Below are positions 17,330 through 26,171 of a DNA stretch of 64,000 bases, in pieces; the stretch's first letter is position 1; every line of letters begins with the position of its first letter. The position numbers and the translations under genes were made by a program. A model generated the notes under the pieces. It had not been told where the DNA came from. It saw nothing but the letters and a program-made list of their open reading frames with translations, and made no database searches. This stretch comes from an uncultured Eubacteriales bacterium. GTDB lineage: Bacteria; Bacillota; Clostridia; Christensenellales; UMGS416. Where the stretch lies: positions 6,099 to 70,098 of the forward strand of contig UQLW01000011.1 in assembly GCA_900542005.1 (NCBI GenBank). Reading direction: 5' to 3'.

Positions 17330-18650
17330 GAGCTTAAGCGAAAAGATTCAGGCGGCAATGAAGAAGATCACAGGCCGCGGGCGTATCTCCGAGGGCGACC
17401 TGAAGGCTGCCATGCGGGAGGTGCGCATGGCCCTGCTGGAAGCGGATGTGAACTACACGGTAGTCAAGGATTTCGTGAAGCGGGTCTCGGAAAAGGCGCT
17501 GGGCGCCGATGTTACGGCTTCGCTTTCGCCCGGCCAGATGGTCATAAAAATCGTCAACGATGAGCTTGTCGGGCTGATGGGCCCGGCGGCCGCCAAGCTG
17601 ACCTTCTCCTCCCGGCCGGTCACCGTCTATATGCTCTGCGGCCTGCAGGGCGCCGGTAAAACCACCATGGCCGGCAAGCTGGCCCTTCACCTGCGCAAGG
17701 TGCAGGGGAAAAAGCCCCTGCTGGCGGCCTGCGACGTATACCGGCCGGCGGCCATCGAGCAGCTGCGCGTGGTGGCGAAGAATATCGACATCCCCTTCTT
17801 TGAGATGGGGCAGTCCGACCCGGTTGAGATCGCCCAGAAGGCGGTGGAGCGGGCCCGGTATATGGGCTATGACGTGGTAATCCTGGATACGGCCGGCCGC
17901 CTGCATGTGGACGAGGCGCTGATGGACGAGCTTGACCGGATGCGCAAGGCTGTACAGCCCCAGGAGATCCTGCTGGTGGTAGACGCCATGACCGGCCAGG
18001 ACGCGGTGAATGTGGCCCAAAGCTTCAACGAGCGCCTGGGCGTGGACGGCGTGATTCTGACCAAGCTGGACGGCGATACCCGCGGCGGCGCGGCCCTCTC
18101 CGTCAAGGCGGTTACGGGCAAGCCCATTAAATTTGCCGGTATCGGCGAGAAATCCAGCGACCTGGAGCCCTTCTACCCCGACCGGATGGCTTCCCGCATC
18201 CTGGGGATGGGCGATGTGCTGACGCTGATTGAAAAGGCGCAGCAGAGCTTCGATGAGAAGCAGGCCGCCGAGCTGGAGAAAAAGATGCGGGAATCCTCCT
18301 TTACGCTGGAGGACTTTCTGCAGCAGTTCGAGCAGATGCGAAAAATGGGCTCCCTGACCGACCTTCTGGGCATGCTGCCCGGCGGGAACAAGATCAAGCC
18401 CGAGGACATCGACGAAAAGGGCATCGCCCGGACGGAGGCGATCATTCGCTCCATGACGGTGCGGGAGCGGCGTAATCCCGACATCCTCAACGCGTCGCGG
18501 CGCAAGCGCATTGCCGCCGGCAGCGGCACCACGGTGCAGGATGTGAATCGCCTGATCCGCCAGTTTGAACAGGTGCGCCAGATGATGAAGCAGTTCACCG
18601 GGAAGGGTGGGCGGCGTCGGGCGCTCAGGGGGCTGAAGCTTCCCTTTTAA
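17319..18650 (+). CDS. ffh: Signal recognition particle protein Ffh
   Basis: 443 aa from MAFESLSEKIQ (GGGAGGG RBS). GLQGAGKTT, DTAGR and TKLDGDTRGGAALS GTPase motifs, plus a Met-rich M domain. Confidence 0.96.
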   Translation: MAFESLSEKIQAAMKKITGRGRISEGDLKAAMREVRMALLEADVNYTVVKDFVKRVSEKALGADVTASLSPGQMVIKIVNDELVGLMGPAAAKLTFSSRPVTVYMLCGLQGAGKTTMAGKLALHLRKVQGKKPLLAACDVYRPAAIEQLRVVAKNIDIPFFEMGQSDPVEIAQKAVERARYMGYDVVILDTAGRLHVDEALMDELDRMRKAVQPQEILLVVDAMTGQDAVNVAQSFNERLGVDGVILTKLDGDTRGGAALSVKAVTGKPIKFAGIGEKSSDLEPFYPDRMASRILGMGDVLTLIEKAQQSFDEKQAAELEKKMRESSFTLEDFLQQFEQMRKMGSLTDLLGMLPGGNKIKPEDIDEKGIARTEAIIRSMTVRERRNPDILNASRRKRIAAGSGTTVQDVNRLIRQFEQVRQMMKQFTGKGGRRRALRGLKLPF

Positions 18651-18705
18651 GGCTTTCATCCGCATAGCGGTGAAATAGAAATCATATTTGGAGGTACGAT
18701 CCCAA

Positions 18706-18948
18706 ATGGCAGTAAAGATTCGTCTCAAGAGAATGGGCTCCAAGAAGAACCCCTTCTATCGCATTGTGGTGGCCGATGTGAAGGCTCCCCGCGACGGCCG
18801 CTTTATCGACGAGGTGGGCTATTATAACCCCCTGACCGAGCCCGTAGAGCTGAAGGTGGACGCTGAAAAGGTGACCAAGTGGATGAAAACCGGCGCCCAG
18901 CCCACGGATACGGTGCGCGCCCTGATCAAGAAGGCCGGTATCGAGTAG
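18706..18948 (+). CDS. rpsP: 30S ribosomal protein S16
   Basis: [24 protein letters not shown]. 80 aa. Confidence 0.95.
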   Translation: MAVKIRLKRMGSKKNPFYRIVVADVKAPRDGRFIDEVGYYNPLTEPVELKVDAEKVTKWMKTGAQPTDTVRALIKKAGIE

Positions 18949-18951
18949 GAT

Positions 18952-19197
18952 ATGGCCGTGAAAGCGAATGTAGAGGAATTGGTTCGCTACATCGCCCGTT
19001 CCCTGGTGCAGGAGCCTGACCAGGTGGACGTCAAGACGGTGGATAGCGACAAGACGGTAGTGCTGGAGCTTCGGGTTGCGCCCGATGACATGGGCCGGGT
19101 AATCGGCAAGCAGGGCCGGATTGCCAAGGCCATTCGCACGGTGGTGAAATCGGCCACTGCCAACGAAAAAAAGAAGTACACTGTGGAGATCCTGTAA
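18952..19197 (+). CDS. KH-domain RNA-binding protein (YlqC-like)
   Basis: 81 aa. GRVIGKQGRIAKAIRTVV KH motif. Conserved position between rpsP and rimM. Confidence 0.88.
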   Translation: MAVKANVEELVRYIARSLVQEPDQVDVKTVDSDKTVVLELRVAPDDMGRVIGKQGRIAKAIRTVVKSATANEKKKYTVEIL

Positions 19198-19734
19198 ATG
19201 ACACAGTCCTTATCACCCACGCTGGCCGTGGGTGTTATTGTCCGCCCCCATGGGATACGGGGCGAGGTGAAGATCCAGCCCCTCACGGATCGGGCGGAGG
19301 ATTGGCTGGATTTGCGCGCGGTGGAGTGGACAGACCGCCAGGGCGCGCGTATCTGCCGTAGGGTAAAGCATCAGCGCCTGCAGGGCGGCATGGTAATCGC
19401 CCAGCTGGAGGGCGTCTATGACCGCGACGCTGCCGAGGCGCTGCGGGGCACGGAGCTTAAGGTGCCCAGGGAGCAGGCGCCCCAGCTGGAGCAGGGCAGC
19501 TATTACATTGTGGATCTGATCGGCTGCCAGGTGGAGGATGAGTCGGGCCGCCTGCTGGGACAGGTGACGGAGGTGCATCAGCCCGGAGGCAACGATGTCT
19601 ATGAGCTCCATGGATCCGGGGGCGTTTACCTGATGCCGGCAATCCGCGAGGTTGTCCGCCAGGTGGATGTGGAGCAGCGCCGCATTGTGGTGGATTCGGT
19701 GCGCTTTTCTGAGGTAGCTGTCCATGAAGATTAG
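19198..19734 (+). CDS. rimM: 16S rRNA processing protein RimM
   Basis: 178 aa. VGVIVRPHGIRGEVKI and YYIVDLIGCQV motifs. Synteny. Confidence 0.9.
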   Translation: MTQSLSPTLAVGVIVRPHGIRGEVKIQPLTDRAEDWLDLRAVEWTDRQGARICRRVKHQRLQGGMVIAQLEGVYDRDAAEALRGTELKVPREQAPQLEQGSYYIVDLIGCQVEDESGRLLGQVTEVHQPGGNDVYELHGSGGVYLMPAIREVVRQVDVEQRRIVVDSVRFSEVAVHED

Positions 19735-20461
19735 CATTCTGACGCTGTTTCCTGAGGTGTTCAGCGCATATTTTGCCAGCTCGGTGCCGGGCCGCGCGCT
19801 GGAGAAGGGGCTCTTTGAGCTGGAGCTTGTCAATATCCGCGATTATTCCACCGATAAGCACCATCGCGTGGATGACGCGCCCTTTGGCGGCAGCGCGGGC
19901 ATGCTGATGGGGCCGCAGCCCCTTTTCGACTGCATTGAGGACGTAAAGCGCCGGCACGAGCCTGGTACACCGGTCATCTACCTTTCCCCCTGCGGCAGGG
20001 TGTGGGATAATGTACGCGCCCGCGAGCTGGCCGGCTCCGAAGCGGGGCTTATCCTGCTGTGCGGGCACTACGAGGGCGTCGACCAGCGGGTTATTGATCA
20101 GCTGGTCGACGAGGAGATCTCCATTGGCGACTATGTGCTGACTGGCGGGGAGCTGCCGGCCATGGTGCTGGTCGATACGCTGATCCGCTTTATCCCTGGC
20201 GTAGTGGGGGCCAGCGACGTGCACCTGGAGGAATCCTTTGAGGGCGGGCTGCTGGAATATCCCCAGTATACCCGGCCGGCCGATTTCCGGGGGCTGAAGG
20301 TGCCCGAGGTGCTCCTGACGGGCAATCACGCCTGGCTGGCCGCCTGGAGGCGGGAGCAGTCGCTGCTGAAGACCCAAAGGCTGAGGCCCGATCTGCTGGA
20401 AAAGGCGCCGCTCACCGATAAGGAGCGGCTATGGCTGAAAGATCAGGAGAAAGAGCGGTAA
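19724..20461 (+). CDS. trmD: tRNA (guanine37-N1)-methyltransferase
   Basis: 245 aa. ILTLFPEVF, GHYEGVDQRV, SIGDYVLTGGELPAMV. Confidence 0.95.
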   Translation: MKISILTLFPEVFSAYFASSVPGRALEKGLFELELVNIRDYSTDKHHRVDDAPFGGSAGMLMGPQPLFDCIEDVKRRHEPGTPVIYLSPCGRVWDNVRARELAGSEAGLILLCGHYEGVDQRVIDQLVDEEISIGDYVLTGGELPAMVLVDTLIRFIPGVVGASDVHLEESFEGGLLEYPQYTRPADFRGLKVPEVLLTGNHAWLAAWRREQSLLKTQRLRPDLLEKAPLTDKERLWLKDQEKER

Positions 20462-20587
20462 TTTGTTGATAAAGCGCCGGTAAACCTCTTGCGCTTGTCC
20501 CAAATTTCTGATAAAATGATGCTTGTTGTGAACACGGACGGTCCTCTGCTAAGCTGGCATGAACGTCTATGATGAAGGAGGATCCCC

Positions 20588-20935
20588 ATGATTGATATTC
20601 GCACTATCGAACAGGAGCAGCTTCGTACGGATATCCCCGATTTCCGTGTCGGCGATACCGTGCGCGTCGAAGTGAAGGTCGTTGAAGGCACCCGCGAGCG
20701 CCTGCAGGCCTACGAGGGCGTGGTCATTGCCCGCCACAATGGTTCTATCCGCGAAACCTTTACGGTGCGCCGCACTTCCTATGGCGTAGGTGTGGAGCGT
20801 ACCTTCCCCCTGCACAGCCCCCGTATCGCCGAGATTAAGGTGATGCGCCGTGGTAAGGTGCGCCGCGCGAAGCTTTACTATCTGCGCGAGCTGACGGGCA
20901 AGGCTGCCAAGGTAAAGGATAAGAACAACTACTAA
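20588..20935 (+). CDS. rplS: 50S ribosomal protein L19
   Basis: 115 aa. [19 protein letters not shown]....[11 protein letters not shown]. Confidence 0.96.
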   Translation: MIDIRTIEQEQLRTDIPDFRVGDTVRVEVKVVEGTRERLQAYEGVVIARHNGSIRETFTVRRTSYGVGVERTFPLHSPRIAEIKVMRRGKVRRAKLYYLRELTGKAAKVKDKNNY

Positions 20936-20942
20936 TTGGATA

Positions 20943-20974
20943 AAAGAAAGGCCCCCTAGCAGGGCCTTTCTTTT
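20943..20974 (+). terminator. Rho-independent terminator after rplS
   Basis: AAAGAAAGGCCC-CCTAGCA-GGGCCTTTCTTTT. Confidence 0.8.
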
Positions 20975-21004
20975 ATGGAGACGGATGACGAAGACCGGCG
21001 GTTC

Positions 21005-21033
21005 TTGACAAAGGCGGCCGGTGGAGGCACAAT
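21005..21033 (+). promoter_or_regulatory. Sigma-A-type promoter candidate for pduL
   Basis: TTGACA, 17 nt, CACAAT. Confidence 0.4.
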
Positions 21034-21061
21034 AGAACTATCACCAAAGGAGGATCAAATC

Positions 21062-21640
21062 ATGTCTGAAAAGTCATTTCTGGTAGAGGTTTCCGCCCGC
21101 CATGTGCATCTGACCCAGGAGGATGTGGAAAAGCTCTTCGGCGCGGGCAAAACGCTGACCTATGTGCGCGACCTGTCCCAGCCCGGCCAGTTTGTATGTG
21201 AGGAGCGCGTGGAGGTTGTGGGCCCCAAGCGCACGCTGAGCAATGTCGTAATCCTGGGCCCTGTGCGCGCCCAGAGCCAGGTTGAGGTTTCGCTGACGGA
21301 CTGCTTTACCCTGGGCGCTGTAGGCCCTGTGCGGGAAAGCGGCGACCTGGCGGGCTCCGCCCCCATCACCCTTAAGGGGCCGGCCGGCGAGGTGGAGCTG
21401 AAGGAAGGCCTGATCGTGGCCAAGCGCCATATCCATATGACGCCTGCCGACGCCGAGGAGATGGGCGTCAAGGATAAGGATATCGTGATGGTGCGGGTGG
21501 ATACCGACCGCCCGCTCATTTTCGACGACTGCGTGGTGCGCGTCAGCCCCAAGTTTGCGTTGGCCATGCATGTGGACACGGACGAGGCCAACGCCGCCTT
21601 GATCGGACGTAAGGGCTGCCAGGGCCATATCGTCCGCTAA
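21062..21640 (+). CDS. pduL: PduL-type phosphate acyltransferase (phosphate propanoyl/acetyltransferase)
   Basis: 192 aa from MSEKSFLVEVSARHVHL (AAAGGAGG RBS). The duplicated SARHVHL / AKRHIHM motifs are typical of PduL. Confidence 0.85.
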   Translation: MSEKSFLVEVSARHVHLTQEDVEKLFGAGKTLTYVRDLSQPGQFVCEERVEVVGPKRTLSNVVILGPVRAQSQVEVSLTDCFTLGAVGPVRESGDLAGSAPITLKGPAGEVELKEGLIVAKRHIHMTPADAEEMGVKDKDIVMVRVDTDRPLIFDDCVVRVSPKFALAMHVDTDEANAALIGRKGCQGHIVR

Positions 21641-21730
21641 AAGGGGATCGGATCAACCCCAAGCGCGCTGTTAGGGCCGGCTTCATAAAGACGTGGCCCC
21701 AAGCCGCCTGAAAACACACAAAAAAGCATA

Positions 21731-21784
21731 AAACCCACTATGACGCTTTCAAAACGGAAAGTTGGCATAGTGGGTTTTCTTTAC
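21731..21784. terminator. Bidirectional terminator between pduL and the HIT gene
   Basis: AAACCCACTATG / CATAGTGGGTTT stem with an internal sub-stem. T-runs on both strands. Confidence 0.7.
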
Positions 21785-21810
21785 AAAACCCGATTTGCGA
21801 AAAGGAAGTC

Positions 21811-22305
21811 CTAGGACTTCCCGCAATCCCGGGATTGATATACTGGCAACAGCCTATCGAGTTCTCTTGACAATGCGTTTTTCATTTCGTCAAGCTCATC
21901 ATCTGAGGGCCTTGCTTCGGGTGAGTTCATTTTTTCTATCGGATACCACCATACCGGGCCGCCCTTTTTGCCGCATTCATACCCAGCAAGGTCACCGTTA
22001 TATCTTGGGAAGAGATGCCAATGCAGATGTGCATCCCCGTTCCCAAGAAGCTCGCAGTTCATTTTATCCGCACCAAAGGCCCTATACACAGCTTCCGATA
22101 CAATAGACATTTCTTCAAGGAATTTCAACTTATCATCATGTTTCAGATAAAACAATTCCGTTTGATGTTGCTTGCATAGAAATAGGGTATACCCCTTAAA
22201 GTGCTGAAAATCGCCTATAACGACATAACCAGTTTCAAGCTCCCGGACAAAATAAGGATTGGCGCCTCTTTGAATCAGCGCAATTCTATCACAGATTAAA
22301 CACAT
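21811..22305 (-). CDS. HIT-family (histidine triad) nucleotide hydrolase/transferase
   Basis: 164 aa. HLHWHLFPR histidine-triad motif. The gene is visibly more A/T-rich than its neighbours. Confidence 0.8.
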   Translation of the reverse strand: MCLICDRIALIQRGANPYFVRELETGYVVIGDFQHFKGYTLFLCKQHQTELFYLKHDDKLKFLEEMSIVSEAVYRAFGADKMNCELLGNGDAHLHWHLFPRYNGDLAGYECGKKGGPVWWYPIEKMNSPEARPSDDELDEMKNALSRELDRLLPVYQSRDCGKS

Positions 22306-22513
22306 AAAAAAGCCCCCGCTTCTTCAAAATGAAACTGTATCTCAATCCTACCATATCCTGCGCATAGAAACAAGAAAAGCCACCTCCCTATGCAGCCCTC
22401 CCGATGCGCGCTTTTTGTTTCGATGAGGCCTACAGGCGGTAGATTGCTGAATGGCCAGCCTGCCATGGAATTTGTTTTTCAACAAGAAATTATCGAAAAG
22501 CAATAAATAATGA

Positions 22514-22542
22514 TTGAAATACGATGCATTCCATGGTATCCT
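22514..22542 (+). promoter_or_regulatory. Sigma-A-type promoter candidate for the DUF2975-HTH-membrane operon
   Basis: TTGAAA, 17 nt, TATCCT. Confidence 0.4.
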
Positions 22543-22568
22543 ATGAGGGAAAGAAAGGAGTGTGCCCC

Positions 22569-23024
22569 ATGAATTGGAATCAGAACCGATCGGTTAAGCT
22601 TTCGCAGGGCTGCCTTATCGCCTTTGCGGCGCTGCTGGCAGCGGCCGATATTGGCGGGTACTGGCTGACGCGCTGGGCCGTATCCATCTCCCGCACGCTG
22701 CATGGAGCCTGGGATGGCGCGCTGCTGATGACGACCCTGTATACCTGCAGCGTATTGGCTTGGGTGCTGCTTTTTGCGCTGTGGCGGCTGCTGCGGAATA
22801 TGCAAAGGGGTGTGGTGTTTGACGCCGGGAACGTCCGCTATCTTCGGATTACCAGCTGGTGCTGCTTTGGCGCCTGCCTGATATGCTTTGCCAGCAGCTT
22901 TTATTGCCTGCCCATTCTGCTGATCGCCATTGCGGCCGGCTTTATGGGGCTCATCGTCCGCATCGTAAAGAATGTTTTTGAGCAGGCGATTACGATGAAG
23001 GATGAACTGGACCTTACTGTATAG
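22569..23024 (+). CDS. DUF2975-like four-TM membrane protein
   Basis: 151 aa from MNWNQNRS (AAAGGAG RBS). Hydrophobic segments and immediate pairing with a YozG-type HTH gene, as in the B. subtilis yoaS-yozG arrangement. Confidence 0.6.
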   Translation: MNWNQNRSVKLSQGCLIAFAALLAAADIGGYWLTRWAVSISRTLHGAWDGALLMTTLYTCSVLAWVLLFALWRLLRNMQRGVVFDAGNVRYLRITSWCCFGACLICFASSFYCLPILLIAIAAGFMGLIVRIVKNVFEQAITMKDELDLTV

Positions 23025-23033
23025 GGGGCGGGT

Positions 23034-23285
23034 ATGAGAATTGTCGTGAACCTGGACGTTATGATGGCAAAGCGGAAGATATCCGCCGGCGAGCTGGCCG
23101 AGCGGGTGGGCATTACCCCGGCCAATCTCTCCATATTGAAGAATAACAAGGCCAAGGCTATCCGGTTTTCCACGCTGATGGCGCTTTGCCATGAGCTGGG
23201 TTGCCAGCCGGGCGAGCTGCTGGAATTTATCGATGATGACATGCCTTCGCAGAAGGCAACAGACAGGGAGGGACCGATGACATGA
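23034..23285 (+). CDS. YozG-like Xre-family HTH transcriptional regulator
   Basis: 83 aa. MRIVVNLDVMMAKRKISAGELAERVGITPANLSILKNNKAKAIRFSTL is the characteristic short Cro/C1 HTH. Confidence 0.85.
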   Translation: MRIVVNLDVMMAKRKISAGELAERVGITPANLSILKNNKAKAIRFSTLMALCHELGCQPGELLEFIDDDMPSQKATDREGPMT

Positions 23286-24574
23286 GCCAGTCATATGAGC
23301 CGCTGTCCGGCCAGACCGTGGACAGACAGAAGCCGGCAGCGCGGCCAGCGCCGGCGCTTTGGGAGCGTATTGCCCTTTGGGTCAGCTATGGGGCTGCCCT
23401 GCTGTATACCTATTGCGACATTAGCGCCTACCAGGGCGGGACGGCGGCGCTGGCCGCCTTTGCCCTGATCCTTACCGTGGGCACAGAGCTGGTCTGCCGG
23501 AAGCAGAAAAGAAGCTGGGAGAGCTATGTCTGGCTGGGCTGCCTTTGGGTGATCGTGGCCGGCTGCCTTATGGGGCGGAATCAGGTATGGGGAGAGAAGG
23601 CCTGGCTCTTTCTGCACCTTTTCGCCGTATACTATGTATTGGTCCGGTCCGGACGGCTGCTGGAGGGCGAAACCGGCCGGTTTTTCCTCCTGGACGGACT
23701 GAACGCCTTGATCATTTTCCCCTTAAAGCGGTTGTTCCTCAGGGCTCAGGTGCTATGGGATACGCTGGCCTGCGCGATACGGCCCAAGGGGAAGGATGGA
23801 GGATATGGACGCCTGGGCACGGCTGCGGCTATCCTGGTTGCCATGCTGCTCTTCTGGGGAGCCTTGGCCCTGCTTTCGGCGGCGGACGATACCTTCGACC
23901 GGGTGCTGGGCGGCCTGATCCGGAGAATACGCATCGACCATATGGGGGAATTCGTGCTGCGGCTGATGGTCAGCCTGCCCGTTGGCGCGTATCTGTATGG
24001 CCTGGTGGCCGGTACGCAGCGGGAGAGCCCAGCGCTGCTGGCCCAGCGGGGCAGCTCGATCCTCGCCGGTATGTCGGCGCTCCGCCGGGTACCCTCCGGT
24101 GTCTGGACAGGGCTGATGGCCGGATTTGTCCTGCTGTATATGGTCTTTTTCGGCATCCAGGGGGGCTATCTCTTCGGCGCCTTCACCCATACGCTTCCGG
24201 CAGATTTTACGGTGGCCCAATACGCCAGGCAAGGCTTCTTCGAGCTTTGCTGGATCGTGGGATTGAATTTTACCCTTTTAGCGGCCGTGATGGCCAGCGG
24301 CAGCCAACCGCTGCGGCGGCATAAACCGGCCAAAATCATGGCCACGATCCTGCTGGCCCAATGCATGCTGTTCGCTTTGATCGCCTTTTCCAAGCTTTAC
24401 CTCTACATCAGCTGCTTTGGGTTTACGCCGCTTCGCCTGCAAAGCAGCTGGCTGGTAACCGTTATTGCCGCGGGGTGCCTTGCCAGCCTGTATGGCCTCT
24501 GGTCCGGCAGAAAGGTCTCCGGCAAATGGCTCCTGTTCAGTGCGGTTTCCCTGGCGCTGCTGCATCTGGTATAG
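23282..24574 (+). CDS. Polytopic membrane protein of unknown function (DUF4153/DUF4173-like, family not verified)
   Basis: 430 aa with many hydrophobic helices. ATGA overlap with the HTH gene. Confidence 0.55.
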   Translation: MSQSYEPLSGQTVDRQKPAARPAPALWERIALWVSYGAALLYTYCDISAYQGGTAALAAFALILTVGTELVCRKQKRSWESYVWLGCLWVIVAGCLMGRNQVWGEKAWLFLHLFAVYYVLVRSGRLLEGETGRFFLLDGLNALIIFPLKRLFLRAQVLWDTLACAIRPKGKDGGYGRLGTAAAILVAMLLFWGALALLSAADDTFDRVLGGLIRRIRIDHMGEFVLRLMVSLPVGAYLYGLVAGTQRESPALLAQRGSSILAGMSALRRVPSGVWTGLMAGFVLLYMVFFGIQGGYLFGAFTHTLPADFTVAQYARQGFFELCWIVGLNFTLLAAVMASGSQPLRRHKPAKIMATILLAQCMLFALIAFSKLYLYISCFGFTPLRLQSSWLVTVIAAGCLASLYGLWSGRKVSGKWLLFSAVSLALLHLV

Positions 24575-24595
24575 GGCGGGCTTGAAGCATCGTGA

Positions 24596-24624
24596 GGCTG
24601 CGGCATCCTTTCCGCAGCCTTTTT
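24596..24624 (+). terminator. Rho-independent terminator
   Basis: GGCTGCGG-CATCCTTT-CCGCAGCC followed by TTTTT. Confidence 0.8.
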
Positions 24625-24772
24625 GATGGGATGGAGGATGGCTGCGCGGCGGGGGAGCGGCGAAAACCTCTGGCACAAGGGAACAGGAGGCTGCTTGTAT
24701 TTCCCAAATGGATCGAGTACACTAGACCGTATAAGGATAAACCGCCCCCAGAACTATTCAGGAGGATCAAGC

Positions 24773-26002
24773 ATGAATACTCGGATGGATCGTGCGCGAT
24801 TGAACATCGGCGCTTATTTCCTGGCCCCCTATGCGAGGGATGAAAGGCATGTCCGCGAGGTTGCCGAATGCGGTATCGATTTTATCGTATGCATGGACCC
24901 CGACCGGCCCGCCCTCGACCGGATGCACCGGTACGGCATCGGCGCGATCGTGACCCAGGTGCTGCCGGGCTGGTGGGGCGGCGATGGAGACAATGCCGGA
25001 AAAATGGAGGAAACAAATCCAATATCGGGCTATGAGGCTGCGGCCGCTGCCTTTGAAGACCATCCGGCCATTTGGGGTATCGATGCGGGCGACGAGCCTT
25101 CGGCGCTGGATTTCCCCTATTACGGCCGGGTCATGGATCTGGTGGAGCGCAGCTTTCCCCATCAGTTTGCTTATTTGAATCTATATCCTAACTATGCTTC
25201 GGTGGCGGTCAATACGGCCAATGAAACGGTCAACCAATTGGGGACGGCCACCTATGCCGAGCACATCGATCAGTATTGCCAGCATGTGGGGACCGATTAT
25301 ATCTGTTATGATTTTTATATGTATTCGGCCAGCGTGGAGGGCGCCTATGAGAACCTTAGGATCGTTTCAGAGGCATGCCTGCGTACCGGACGAAGCATGT
25401 GGATCGTATTGCAGGTGAATTCAAGCCGCGAAGCGGAATGGATCACGGAGAACCAGCTGCGCTTCCAGGCCTATTCCGCCCTGGCCTTTGGCGCGGAAAA
25501 TATCATCTGGGGGTGCTATACGGCCGGCTGGTGGTATAACCAGGTGCTGGACGAGAACGGTGAAAAGACCCAGCAGTATGACAAGCTTAAAGCGGTCAAT
25601 GCCGAGCTGCATACGCTGGGCGGGGCCTATATGGGCTACCGCCGGGTATCGACGCATTTTGTGGGCTTCCAGGGCGACCCTGTGATGGATAAGGTCCGCC
25701 AGGCGCCGGTTAGCGCCCTGAATACGGGGATTTTCTCCGGCCTGCGCGAGGAGAAGGGCGGCAGCCTGCTGGTAGGACAGATGGTTTCGCGGGCCGGGGA
25801 CGGCTCCTATGCGCTGATGGTCTGCAACGCGGCAGATCCCTTGGATACGGCGGCTTCCACGGCCTATGTGCGGTTCAAGGCGGACGGCCGCCAGATACGG
25901 ATCATAACCGGCGCGGGCGAGATAACGCCCCAGAGGCAGGCCGACGGCAGCTACCGCTTCCCGCTGCCCAGCTGCGTGGGCGCGCTGGTGATCGCCAGGT
26001 AA
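24773..26002 (+). CDS. Hypothetical cytoplasmic protein, possibly a TIM-barrel glycoside-hydrolase-like fold
   Basis: 409 aa from MNTRMDRARL (CAGGAGG RBS). IWGIDAGDEPS and YLNLYPNYAS resemble GH clan-A style motifs, but the family is unassigned. Confidence 0.35.
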   Translation: MNTRMDRARLNIGAYFLAPYARDERHVREVAECGIDFIVCMDPDRPALDRMHRYGIGAIVTQVLPGWWGGDGDNAGKMEETNPISGYEAAAAAFEDHPAIWGIDAGDEPSALDFPYYGRVMDLVERSFPHQFAYLNLYPNYASVAVNTANETVNQLGTATYAEHIDQYCQHVGTDYICYDFYMYSASVEGAYENLRIVSEACLRTGRSMWIVLQVNSSREAEWITENQLRFQAYSALAFGAENIIWGCYTAGWWYNQVLDENGEKTQQYDKLKAVNAELHTLGGAYMGYRRVSTHFVGFQGDPVMDKVRQAPVSALNTGIFSGLREEKGGSLLVGQMVSRAGDGSYALMVCNAADPLDTAASTAYVRFKADGRQIRIITGAGEITPQRQADGSYRFPLPSCVGALVIAR

Positions 26003-26090
26003 ATACGGCAACGCATGCGGAGGGCCGGAGGCTGGGAAAGATTGGCGCCTCGGGAGCCTTTTAAGCGTTTTGCCTGGCGGTGAATAGGCA

Positions 26091-26136
26091 AGAAGCAGGA
26101 AACACCGGCCCATATGGGCCGGTGTTTCCTGCTTCT
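26091..26136. terminator. 46-nt perfect palindrome (22-bp stem) between convergent genes
   Basis: AGAAGCAGGAAACACCGGCCCA TA TGGGCCGGTGTTTCCTGCTTCT. Weak flanking U-tracts. Confidence 0.55.
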
Positions 26137-26171
26137 TGGTTGGCTGTAAGGCGGCGCGCCTGGGATATAGG

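Noticed and set aside
17334-18743. Very long ORFs antisense to confident genes. Examples: 17334-18743 opposite ffh, 35272-36573 opposite the condensing enzyme, 43314-44987 opposite tgt, 52721-54031 opposite ynbB, 55561-57192 opposite the FrdA-like gene, and 26715-28025 and 28066-29472 opposite the ABC exporters.
   Set aside because: Their translations are Arg/Gly/Pro/Ala/His-rich with no motifs, and they lack RBSs. Each fully overlaps a gene with clear family signatures. Stop-poor antisense frames are expected in GC-rich DNA.
20461-20587. Possible L19 ribosomal-protein leader structure upstream of rplS.
   Set aside because: A promoter-like TTGCGC-17 nt-TAAAAT and a short GACG/CGTC pairing exist. 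I cannot verify the conserved L19-leader fold by eye, so it is not reported as a feature.
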